Shown piece after piece: positions 1-9,813 of a DNA stretch of 64,000 bases. A program made the position numbers and the translations under genes. Origin of the DNA: an uncultured Chloroflexia bacterium (lineage in GTDB: Bacteria > Chloroflexota > Chloroflexia > Thermomicrobiales > UBA6265). The notes under the pieces were generated by a model. That model did not search any database, was not told the DNA's origin, and was given only the letters and a program-made list of their open reading frames with translations. Position 1 is the stretch's first letter. The number at the start of each line of letters is the position of its first letter. The stretch covers positions 512,001-576,000 of the forward strand of contig CAVRUC010000007.1 of the NCBI GenBank assembly GCA_963724295.1, in the 5' to 3' direction.

Positions 1-1
1 C

Positions 2-388
2 CGCCGCGACCTCGGCGTCGTCGCTCATGTCCAGATAAAGCCGGGCGCGCACCCGCAGGGGCGGCTCGCACGCCGCGCGCTTGACGTACAGCAGCCGGCG
101 CGCCCCTTCCTCCAGCCCCAGGTGCTCGGCCAGGACGTTCTCCAGCATGCCGAACCGCCCCGCCAAGTAGGCCGGCGTCAGCACCGCCACCGTGCAACGG
201 CTCCGCTCCACCGCCTGAGCCATCTCCTCTAGGATCGGAGCGCCGAGGGCGAAGTCGCGGTGGTCGACGCAGACCCGCAGCCCCGCGGCGTCCAGCGCCG
301 GCACGAGCGTCCGGCGCACCCATGTCTTGTCTGGCTCCTGGTGCCGGTAGCTGACAAAGGCGTCGTAGGCGATGGCGTCGTCGGGCAC
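2..388 (-). CDS. Stand-alone TIR domain protein (runs off the window edge; absent from the ORF track)
   Basis: Manual translation from GTG at 388 (GGAGG RBS): MPDDAIAYDAFVSYRHQEPDKTWVRRTLVPALDAAGLRVCVDHRDFALGAPILEEMAQAVERSRCTVAVLTPAYLAGRFGMLENVLAEH. TLR-like TIR boxes YDAFVSY, WV and RDF-x-x-G. Confidence 0.9.
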   Translation of the reverse strand, partial: MPDDAIAYDAFVSYRHQEPDKTWVRRTLVPALDAAGLRVCVDHRDFALGAPILEEMAQAVERSRCTVAVLTPAYLAGRFGMLENVLAEHLGLEEGARRLLYVKRAACEPPLRVRARLYLDMSDDAEVAA

Positions 389-402
389 CTCGTACCTCCA
401 AG

Positions 403-3400
403 TCAGATTGGCAAAGCGGCCGAGGTGACGGCTGGAGCGACATCAGGCACGCCCTCGCCAGGCGGCAAGTCCGGGCAGGTCGCCCGGTAGGGGTCGTCGC
501 GCAGGTACTGGCGCCATTCCTCCTGCTTGAGGTTGCGGTTGGCGATGCCGCAAACCCGAGCTGCCCACGCTTCGACCCCGACCTCCCAGCCATGGAGCTC
601 AAATCGGGTGCGGTCGAGTTCGCCTTGCTCGGCGCGACCCAGCGACAGCAGCTGGTTGCCATCCGGCAGGAAAACGACCTCGGAGATGCCCAGGCCGTAT
701 CCGGTGGGCAGGGCGCCCAACTGCCGGGCCGAGGCGATGTCGAACAGAACGATCTTGCCCCACAGGCCCGCCGCAAGCACGCGACCGTCCGGGCTAAAGG
801 CCAGGGTGTGGGCTGCCGAATCGCTGCGGGACTGTAAAGTGACCAACTGTTCATGCCGCGTCACGTCCCACAAGATGATGTTGTTCTTGATCTGGGCCAC
901 CGGCGCATTGAAGCGGTTGGTCGAGAGCCCGCTTGACGCCAGCATGGCGCCGTCCGGGCTGAACGCCAAGTCACCGACTAAGTCCGTCTGGGCGTCGAGC
1001 GGTTGCCCCAGGCGCCGCCGGCTCGCCACGTCCCAGAGGACGATCAGCCCCCCGCTGCGCGCAGCCAAGGTCCGGCGGTTCGGGCTGAAGGCGAAGGGTG
1101 CGCCGGCCTCCTCACTGTCGGCGAACGGTTCGCCCAAGGGCTCGCCCGAACGGACATCCCACAACTCGACTCCATGCTTTCCCGAGGTGACCACGGAGAA
1201 TCCGTCAACCCCGGACACCACTTGGGGGAATCTGCCCTCTGCGGCACGGAAGCGTGGCTCGAGCGGCCTCCAGGTGACGACGTCCCACACGACGACAACG
1301 CCGTCGCGATCTGCGGCGGCCAGCACGACGCCGTCCCGGCCGAATGCCACGGACGTCACCTCGTCGGTGTGATCCGCGAGCGGTCGACCGAGCTGTCGGC
1401 CAGATGCAAGGTCCCACAGCTGTACCTCGCCACGCAAGCATGCGTGGCTCGTCGGGTCACGCCTCCCGCAGCCGCCAACGGCGACCACTCGGCCGTCCGT
1501 AGCAAACGCCGGCATGTGCCACCGCTCGCCGGACGAGAAGCTGAGGAGGGGCGTCGAGAGCGGAGGTGATGCGGTCGCATCCCACAGGATAACCGTCCCG
1601 TCCAAGCTGCCGGTGGCCAACCGGGTGCCGTCCGGGCTGAAGGCGAGGGTGTACGTCGTGTCACGATGCCCGATGAGGGGTGCGCCGAGCGGACGGCCAG
1701 CGACCATGTCCCACAGGACGACCTTGCCCTCGTAGCCCACCGAGGCCAACGTCCGCCCGTCCGGCGCGAAGGCAATCCGCTGCACTGCGGAGTCGGCGGT
1801 CATCGGCTCGCGCACCGCCTGGCGCGTGGCAAAGTTCCACAGATGGACGCCGCGCCTCACGACGCCTGCAGCCAGGACCCCCCCGTCCGGGCTGAAGGCT
1901 AGGCTCAAGACGGGGCCGGGAGGGTCCGTGAGGGGCGGATCGAGCAGCCGACCGATCGCGACGTCCCAGAGGGTGGCCTTGCCGACCGGCTCCGCTATGG
2001 AGCCTACCCGCCCGCCCGACGCCAAGAACGCTGCCATCCGGGCTGAACGCGAGGCTGAGCGCAGTGTATTCGTGGCCCGTCAGGGGAGTGCCAATCGGTC
2101 GCCCGCTTGCGACGTCCCATAGCAAGATCTGCGGGCCGCTACTCGCGGCCAAGGTCCGGCCGTCGGCGCTGAAGGTCAGGGCATCGACCCAGGAGGGGTG
2201 GCCGGCGAGCGGGCCGCCGAGCGGACGACCGTTCGAGAGGTCCCAGAGGCGGACAGCCCCGTTCGAGCAGGCCCACCAGTCCTGCTGGCCGCCGTCGACG
2301 CAGTCGGTCGTGGCCAGCGTCTGGCCATCTGCGCTCACGGCGATAGTTGACTGGGCCGGTCGCGTTGATCGGAACAACGACCGGTGTACCCACCGTCCGG
2401 CCGGTCGCAGCTTCCCACCGCCGGACCTGCAGCTCCACGCAGCGGCGGTTCATCCCCTCCCCCTCGAACCTGCCGCAGCCGATCGATGTCAACGTCGTCC
2501 CATTCGGACCGAATGTCAGCCCGTCGACGCTGTGGGCGTGCCCCCAAGAGGAAACTCTCGAGGTGCGGGTTGGCAAGGCGTACGGCGAGGAGCCCGCTCC
2601 GAGACTCGAAGGTGTCGGCGATCCGGCCGGCCTCGTGGGCGAGCAGTAGGGCCAGGTCCGGCTGCTCGCGAGCAAGGTTGGTGGCCTGCGCCGCCAGCTC
2701 ACGCGACTGAGCGATCCGCGCCTCGCCTTCCGCCCGAGCTCGCTCCCCGGCCAGGGCACGCGCCTGCGCCAGTTCCCGGCGGCTCGCCTCGTCGATAGCT
2801 GCTCGGCTGGCCTCAACCAGCGCCTGCAGGTCCGCCCCGAATCCTAGGTCCGCGGCGCCGGGGCCATCCAGCCAGCGCTCGGCCTCGGCCAGCTCCGCCT
2901 CGTCCAGCAGCCCGCCGGCGCGGCCCTCCTTCACGCGCTGACGCCACTCCGCGGCCCTGGCCTCCAGCCGCCGCCGGGTCTGCTCCGCCTCCCGGCGCTC
3001 GACCAGCCACCCCCGCAGCGTCGGCCACCCCGCTATCAACGCCTCGTGGGCGAGATCGACCGTGCGGTCGGCGCTCCCCACCGCACCGCCGAGGGTCAGC
3101 AGCCGGTTGGCTGCGAGGTGTTGAACCGTCGCCGTGACCGCCGCCGGCTCGTCCGCGGCAGAGCCCAGCTCGACGAAGGGCTGCTGTCGACGAGTATCCG
3201 CCCGCCCCTCGCCGAACTGGACTAGGCGCAAGAAGATCCGGCGCGCGATGGCCTGTCTGCTCGATGGACAGCTCCGCTAGGACCGCGTCGGCGTGACGGG
3301 CCACGGCCACGTGCAGCCCGGTTCGCGGCGGGCCGCCGCCCCCGTGTTCGACGGCTTGCGGCAGCACGAGGGCCTCGTAGGCGCGCATCGGCAGGAACCG

Positions 3401-4546
3401 CCGCTCCAGCCGCTCCCAGAGGAGAACGAGCGTCTCCTGCACCAGTGGCAGCGCCCCCGGCTCCCCCGCCGCGTCAGTGACCAGACGCTCGACCAGCGAC
3501 GCTTCGACGTGGACGCGAACCCGCTCGGCCGGGGCGACGACCGCCCGCCGCAGCCCGGCCTTCCCCAGCGGCAGCACCTCCGCCCGGTGGGCCTGGACCC
3601 GCGGCCACAGCGGCGAGGCCATCAGCTCCGGGTAGAAGTCCGCGCGGACGGTCAGGACAACGAAGCAGCCGTCGGCATCGACCAGTTGCCCCAGGGCCTC
3701 CTGGAACGGCACTACTTCCTGGGCTGGTCCGAGGGTAAACAGTTCTTCGAACTGGTCGACGACCAGCAGCAGCCGCCGCGCCCCCGGCTGGCCTACCAGA
3801 GCCGCAGCCACCGATTCCCCCGGCTCGCTTGGGCCTGCGCCGAGCGCGCCGGCGAGCGCGGCCAGCGGGGCATCGCCGGGGCGCACCACGCGGACCAGCC
3901 AGCTACCGGGACCGAACAGTCCGCTCGCACGCATCGCTGGGACGAGGCCGGCGAAGACGAGCGACGACTTGCCGGAGCCCGAGGGGCCAATGACGGCGAG
4001 GAACGGGTGCTTACGCAGCCGGTGCTGGAGCTCCTCGACTTCCGCCTCACGGCCGTAGAAGAGAGGGGCGTCCGCTTCAGCGAAAGGGCGCATCCCCGGG
4101 TAGGGGCAGGGCGGCCCCGGGGCGGGCGGAAGCGGGGGGTGATCAAGGTCGGCCAGGAGCCGCGCCACGGCCGCATCCCGCCCGACAGGGTCAGTGAGAT
4201 CGAGACCCTGGAGCATCGCCAGCCGTGGCGGGAGGTCGACCGGCTCCAGGAGCAGGGGGACGACCGGCCAAGTGCCGGCCTCCAGTCCGTAGGCCTGGGC
4301 CAGGACATCGACAAACGCGGCGTACTCGTCGGCCATGTAGGCCGACGAGAGAACGAGGAGCGTCCGCGCACTCTGCTGCACCGCCCGTTCGAACTCGAGC
4401 AGGCGGGGGACACCGGGAGTGAAGGTGGCCCCGGAGTGGACACTCACGCCGGCCTGTTCGAGGGCGTCGAGCAGGTAGCCCTCGACCCACGCACGATCGG
4501 GCTCGGCGAATGAGACGAACACGTCATTGTCGGGCGGCTCGACCAT
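403..4546 (-). CDS. TIR-nSTAND1 NTPase-WD40 NLR-like protein, about 1380 aa reconstructed, split by about 4 frameshifts
   Basis: N-terminal TIR (DVFVSFAEPDRAWV). nSTAND1 motifs CPYPGMRPF, FYGRE, GPSGSGKSS, VVDQFEELF, VRADFY. Many FSPDG...LWD WD40 blades. C-terminal ANRNLKQEEWRQYL...TCP. The reading frame switches near 3257, 2545, 2345 and 2020. Confidence 0.88.
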
Positions 4547-4846
4547 GCGGGGAAGATCCCAACCGTTGCTGCTAGGACGACGCCGACCACCCGAGCATCG
4601 AGTGTAGTTGCTCTGATCGAGAGTCGGGTTGTAGCACTAGCGTACTAGGGTCGCTAGCGCCGGCGCGTGGAACACGCGGCTAGCCCGAAGAACCGTACCC
4701 GAACACGATGTTGGCCGCAGAGGGCGGTAATTGATATGGCGCACCGGCAGCTAGAAAGCCGCACTCCCCCCGCCGGCCGTCACCCCCGGACGCCACTTGT
4801 TGCCAAGAGCGGTCAGCCGAGCAGCACCACCTATACAAGCAAACGT

Positions 4847-4876
4847 TTGACCTGCTCTCGACGCCCTTCCTATACT
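4847..4876 (+). promoter_or_regulatory. Sigma70-type promoter of secDF
   Basis: TTGACC-18 bp-TATACT. Confidence 0.6.
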
Positions 4877-4959
4877 GCGCGCCGTCGCGGATTCACGGAG
4901 GGTTATGTCGTCCCGCATGGCGCGGCACGAATGCGCTCCGGTGCCTTGGAGATCGACGA

Positions 4960-6396
4960 TTGCGGAATCGAACCTGGCTGACCCTGGCATTCATCTTCGT
5001 GCTGGCCATCGTTTCCGGCTGGATCTCCCTCCCGGGGTCCGGGTTCGATGTTGCCGGCATTCGGGCCGCGCATCCCGTTCGCCAGGGACTCGATCTGCAA
5101 GGCGGTCTCCAGGTCGTCCTCCAGGCGCGCCCGGTCGCGGGCCAGACGCTCGACAGCGGCACGCTGGAAGGCACGCGACAGACGCTCGAGCGGCGAGTGA
5201 ATGGACTCGGCGTCAGCGAGCCGCTCATTCAGACCCGTGGCAGCGACCAGATCATCGTCGAGCTACCCGGCGTCGATGATCCGCAAGAGGCGGTCGGAAT
5301 CCTGCAGCAGACCGCGCTGCTCGAGATCATCGACCCGTTGGGACAGTACCTACCGCCCGGAACGGTGGTCAACACCACACTCGGGCCCGCGGAAGACGCT
5401 CTCGGCGTCGAGGCAGTCGCTCCTGACGCGACCCCGGGCGCCACTCCAGCCGCCGCAACCCCTGTCCCCGGCGCCAGCGCCCCGACAGGACCAGTCTATG
5501 AGACCGTCATCAGTGGCGCGGAGCTCAAGAATGCCTATGTCACGACCGGCAACACGGGGATGAACCAGGTCGTCGGATTCGAGCTGCAGGGCGACGCCGC
5601 GAGCAAATTCTTCCAGTACACCAGCAGCCACCTCGGCCAGCCCATGTCGATCGTCATCGACAAGCAGGTCATCTCGTCGCCGACGATCAACGGCGCCATC
5701 TCAACGCAGGGGATCATCGAAGGCGTGCCGCCGACCGAGGTTGACGATCTGGTTATCCAGTTGAAGGCGGGCGCCCTGGGGGTTCCGCTGGATGTCGTCC
5801 AGAGCCGGACTGTCGGCCCCACCCTCGGTCAGGATTCGATCGAGAAGAGCATCCTGGCCGGAGTGATCGGTCTTGGCATCGTTGGACTCTTCATGATCCT
5901 GTATTACCGCTTGCCGGGGCTCATCTCGGTGATTGCGCTCCTGATCTACACCGCGATCGTCTTCGCCATATTCAAGCTCGTTCCGGTCACGCTCACGCTG
6001 GCGGGGATCGCGGGGTTCATCCTCTCCATCGGCATGGCCGTCGACGCCAATGTGCTGATCTTCGCCCGCATCAAGGAAGAGATTCACACGGGTCGATCAC
6101 TCGCCCAGTCGGTCGAGTCCGGGTTCGCCCATGCCTGGCCATCGATTCGTGATTCGAATATCACGACTATGATTACAACCTTCATCCTCTATCTCTTCGG
6201 GAACTACACCGGCACCTCAATCATTACCGGGTTCGCGCTGACCCTCTTCATCGGCGTCGTGATCAGCATGTTCACCGCGATCACCGTCACCAGGACCCTG
6301 CTGCGCGTACTCGTGGCGCTCAGACCGTCAGATCTCCGGTGGTGGTTTGGGGCGAATATGGCTGAGTCCGCCGCCCCGGCTGTGGCCGCTCAATAG
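4960..6396 (+). CDS. secD: Protein translocase subunit SecD
   Basis: GLDLQGG, RRVNGLGVSEP, VGPTLG, GMAVDANVLIFARIKEE motifs. Confidence 0.96.
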   Translation: MRNRTWLTLAFIFVLAIVSGWISLPGSGFDVAGIRAAHPVRQGLDLQGGLQVVLQARPVAGQTLDSGTLEGTRQTLERRVNGLGVSEPLIQTRGSDQIIVELPGVDDPQEAVGILQQTALLEIIDPLGQYLPPGTVVNTTLGPAEDALGVEAVAPDATPGATPAAATPVPGASAPTGPVYETVISGAELKNAYVTTGNTGMNQVVGFELQGDAASKFFQYTSSHLGQPMSIVIDKQVISSPTINGAISTQGIIEGVPPTEVDDLVIQLKAGALGVPLDVVQSRTVGPTLGQDSIEKSILAGVIGLGIVGLFMILYYRLPGLISVIALLIYTAIVFAIFKLVPVTLTLAGIAGFILSIGMAVDANVLIFARIKEEIHTGRSLAQSVESGFAHAWPSIRDSNITTMITTFILYLFGNYTGTSIITGFALTLFIGVVISMFTAITVTRTLLRVLVALRPSDLRWWFGANMAESAAPAVAAQ

Positions 6397-6428
6397 GCAT
6401 CCCGCAAGGGCAAGGAGACTCCGAAGCC

Positions 6429-7376
6429 ATGACGCGACTGGCGAGCAAGCGTAAGTTGTGGTTCACCATCTCGCTTCTGGTCATTATTCCCGGTCTCATC
6501 TCGTTGATCTTCTCTGGACTCAAGCTCGGTATCGATTTCACCGGTGGCACTCTCTGGGAGGTGCGGTTTGCGCAACCGGCCACCGCGCTGGAGATCGAGT
6601 CCGCGCTGCGGGCGGCTGGAGTGGAGACCGCCATCGTCCAGCGCTCCGGACCGGCCAACGACGAGACATTCCTGATCCGCATGCCGGAGGTCACCGAAGG
6701 CTCCACGCGGAAGACCGAGCTCGCCAAAGCGCTCGAAACCTCAGTCGGCCCGTTCACCGAGCGCGAGTACGCGACGGTCGGCGGCGCACTCTCGACCCAG
6801 ATTCGCAACCGGGCCATCCTGGCGGTAGCACTCGCCTCCGTCGGCATCCTTCTCTACATGGCCTACGCCTTTCGCAATACGCAACGGCCGCTCCTCTATG
6901 GCAGCTCGGCGCTGGTGGCGATGCTGCACGACGTGCTGATCGTTCTGGGGGTGTTCTCGATCCTCGGCTTGCTCTTCAACGTCCAGATCGACGCGCTCTT
7001 CATCACCGCGTTGCTGACCGTGATCGGGTTCAGCGTCCATGACACCATCGTGGTGTTCGACCGCATCCGCGAGAATCTGGCGAAGCATCCTGATGAATCG
7101 TTCGAGGCCATCGTCGATTACTCCCTCGCGCAAACGGTCGTCCGCTCCCTGAACACTTCGCTGACCGTGATATTTACGCTCCTGGCGCTGGTGCTCTTTG
7201 GCGGCGGCTCGACCCGCTTGTTTGTCCTGGCGCTGCTGATCGGGATCATCAGCGGCACCTACTCCTCGATCTTCAATGCGAGCCAGCTGCTCGTCGCCTG
7301 GGAAAACGGCGAGATTCAACGTTTTTTCCGGCGGTTCACCCGCCCCGGAACGGAACCAGCGTTGCCCGCCGCCTGA
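6429..7376 (+). CDS. secF: Protein translocase subunit SecF
   Basis: LGIDFTGG, GFSVHDTIVVFDRIRE, GTYSSIF motifs; follows secD. Confidence 0.96.
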   Translation: MTRLASKRKLWFTISLLVIIPGLISLIFSGLKLGIDFTGGTLWEVRFAQPATALEIESALRAAGVETAIVQRSGPANDETFLIRMPEVTEGSTRKTELAKALETSVGPFTEREYATVGGALSTQIRNRAILAVALASVGILLYMAYAFRNTQRPLLYGSSALVAMLHDVLIVLGVFSILGLLFNVQIDALFITALLTVIGFSVHDTIVVFDRIRENLAKHPDESFEAIVDYSLAQTVVRSLNTSLTVIFTLLALVLFGGGSTRLFVLALLIGIISGTYSSIFNASQLLVAWENGEIQRFFRRFTRPGTEPALPAA

Positions 7377-7603
7377 GCGGCGCAGCCAGACACTTCGGCA
7401 CATCTTCCACGTGGTAGACTCGGCATCCGCGTGTGTCTCGATGGTGCGGCCTCGACGCCCGGTGGGCGTGCGACGGTCGCCGGTGCGCGCCGGCCGCGGT
7501 CATTCCGGGGACGTCTGAAGGAATTGCGCCTCGCTGGAGAGCCCAGCGAGCCGGTAAGGTGCCTCCTCGCCAGCGTGCGGTGGGAGGGTCGGAGGAGGGG
7601 GTC

Positions 7604-9775
7604 TTGGAAGCTCGAGAGCTCTATTCGCTGCCGGTGCTGATCTGCGGCGTGGCGGCCATCATTTTCGCGGCCTGGCTCGCCAGGGACGTTCTCTCTCGAG
7701 ACTCCGGCACCACCGCCATGCAGGACATCGCCAATCGCATCTACATCGGTGCGGTCGCCTTCCTGCGGCGGCAATATTCAACGATTGCGATCCTCGCCAT
7801 CCTCGTCGCTGTCATCATCGGCCTGGTCGTCGGCTTTTTCGAGAACGAGTACCAGGCCACTCGAGGCATCATCACCTCGTTTGCCTTCCTCTTCGGCGCG
7901 CTTCTCTCTGGCATCTCGGGCTATACCGGAATGTACATCGCGGTACGATCCAATATCCGCACCGCATCGGCCGCCCGGCGCAGTCTGGGCGAGGCGCTTA
8001 CGGTCGCGCTGCGCGGCGGCGCCGTTTCCGGCTTTCTCGTCGTCGCGCTCGGTTTGCTCGGCGTGCTCATCATGTACTGGGTGGTCTATCCGCTCGTCCA
8101 GAGCACGATGCCAGCCGAGGCCGAGACGCCATTCTGGATCGTCGGCTTCGCCTTCGGCGCCTCCTTCGTGGCGCTCTTCGCCCAGCTTGGCGGCGGCATC
8201 TACACCAAAGCGGCCGATGTCGGCGCCGACCTCGTCGGCAAGGTCGAGGCCGGCATCCCGGAGGATGACCCTCGTAACCCAGCGGTGATTGCCGACCTCG
8301 TCGGGGACAACGTCGGCGACTGCGCCGGTCGTGGCGCCGACATCTTCGAGTCGTCCGTGGCTGAGATCATCGGCGCCATGATCCTGGGCGCCACGCTCTT
8401 TACCGCGGCTATGGGCACGCAGAATCCACAGTCCATTAGCTACGTCTTCTTTCCACTGGTCCTCGGCGCGCTCGGCGCGATCGCTTCCATGGTCGGCATC
8501 GTCTCGGTGCGCCCGGCCGCGACGCCGAGAGACCCGATGGACGAGCTGAACAAGGGGTTCTACGTCACCGCGGTCCTGTCCATCTTCGCTTTGATTCTGG
8601 CCACCTTCTGGATGCTGCCGTACGGCAAGGTCGAGTACCTGATCTGCGGCATCATCGGCATTGTCACCTCCTTCGTCTTCGTCTGGGTCACGCAGTACTA
8701 CACGAGTGGTCGCTACCGTCCTGTGAAGGACATCATGGAGGCGTCCCGGACAGGTCCAGCGACCAACATCATCTCGGGCATCTCGGTCGGGTTCGAGACG
8801 ACCGGCGCGGCGGCGCTCGTTATCGCCGCCGCGCTGCTCTCCTCGTATTACGTCGGCGAGCGGGTCCAGAACGTCTTTCCGGTCGACACCGGGTTCTTCC
8901 GCTCCGCCGGGATTTACGGCACCGCGGTCGCCACGATGGGCATGCTCATGTCCGCGGCCTACATCCTGGCCATGGACACGTTCGGCCCGATCACAGACAA
9001 CGCCGGCGGCATCGTCGAGATGAGCGACCAACCGGACGCCGTGCGCGACACGACAGACGCGCTGGACTCCGCCGGGAACACCACCAAGGCACTGACCAAG
9101 GGCTACGCCATCGGCACGGCTGCGCTGGCGGCGTTTCTCCTCTTCTCTGCCTACCTGCAGGAAGTCGCGCGCTTCGGTGGCGAGTCGATGCAGGCTCAGA
9201 TCGTCGACCTGGCCAATCCGCGAGTCTTCGTCGGAGGCTTGATCGGCGCCGCACTGGTCTTCGTCTTCGCCTCACTGGCGATGCGGGCCGTCGGTCGCGC
9301 CGCCTCTGCCATGATCGAGGAAGTTCGCCGCCAGTTCCGGGCTGATCCCGGAATCATGGCCGGCACGTCGACTCCCGACTACACATCCTGTGTTGACATC
9401 GCAGTCCGCGCTTCACTGCGGGAGATGATCGCCCCCGGTCTGCTCGCGGTCGCTGTGCCGATTCTTGTCGGGCTCATCCTGCGCTGGGAGGGCGCCGCCG
9501 GAATGCTGATGATTGGGACGATCGCCGGAATCCTCCTTGCCAACGTCCTCAACAACGGCGGCGGCGCGTGGGACAACGCGAAGAAGATGATCGAAGCCGG
9601 GCTGTTGCAGGACGCAGGTGGGAACGTGCTCGGTAAGGGCACGGACGTCCATGCCGCCTCAGTCGTCGGCGACACCGTCGGCGATCCCTGGAAGGACACT
9701 GCCGGTCCGTCGATCCACGTGCTGATCAAGCTGATGGCGACGATTACGCTGGTCATGGCACCGCTGTTCATTTGA
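7604..9775 (+). CDS. hppA: Membrane H+-translocating pyrophosphatase, K+-independent type
   Basis: GGGIYTKAADVGADLVGKVE, DNVGDCAG, GDTVGDPWKD. GNTTKA carries the Lys that marks K+-independent enzymes. TTG start follows GGAGGAGG. Confidence 0.95.
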   Translation: MEARELYSLPVLICGVAAIIFAAWLARDVLSRDSGTTAMQDIANRIYIGAVAFLRRQYSTIAILAILVAVIIGLVVGFFENEYQATRGIITSFAFLFGALLSGISGYTGMYIAVRSNIRTASAARRSLGEALTVALRGGAVSGFLVVALGLLGVLIMYWVVYPLVQSTMPAEAETPFWIVGFAFGASFVALFAQLGGGIYTKAADVGADLVGKVEAGIPEDDPRNPAVIADLVGDNVGDCAGRGADIFESSVAEIIGAMILGATLFTAAMGTQNPQSISYVFFPLVLGALGAIASMVGIVSVRPAATPRDPMDELNKGFYVTAVLSIFALILATFWMLPYGKVEYLICGIIGIVTSFVFVWVTQYYTSGRYRPVKDIMEASRTGPATNIISGISVGFETTGAAALVIAAALLSSYYVGERVQNVFPVDTGFFRSAGIYGTAVATMGMLMSAAYILAMDTFGPITDNAGGIVEMSDQPDAVRDTTDALDSAGNTTKALTKGYAIGTAALAAFLLFSAYLQEVARFGGESMQAQIVDLANPRVFVGGLIGAALVFVFASLAMRAVGRAASAMIEEVRRQFRADPGIMAGTSTPDYTSCVDIAVRASLREMIAPGLLAVAVPILVGLILRWEGAAGMLMIGTIAGILLANVLNNGGGAWDNAKKMIEAGLLQDAGGNVLGKGTDVHAASVVGDTVGDPWKDTAGPSIHVLIKLMATITLVMAPLFI

Positions 9776-9778
9776 CGA

Positions 9779-9813
9779 GTCGTAGGTCGTGAGTCGTAAG
9801 TCGTGAGTCCTGA
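9779..9813 (+). repeat. Heptamer tandem repeat (GTCGTRR-like) x5
   Basis: GTCGTAG GTCGTGA GTCGTAA GTCGTGA GTCCTGA, directly after the hppA stop. Confidence 0.8.

Noticed and set aside
4565..4760. Cluster of CTAG tetramers upstream of the TIR-STAND gene
   Set aside because: No regular spacing or larger repeat; cannot be distinguished from chance in intergenic DNA.
7520..7565. Glycine or fluoride riboswitch upstream of hppA
   Set aside because: Only GGAGAG resembles the glycine aptamer. The other conserved elements are missing, so it is kept only as an unassigned structured leader.
7433..7603. 57-aa N-terminal extension of HppA in the ORF track
   Set aside because: A strong RBS precedes TTG at 7604, and the extension overlaps the putative leader RNA.
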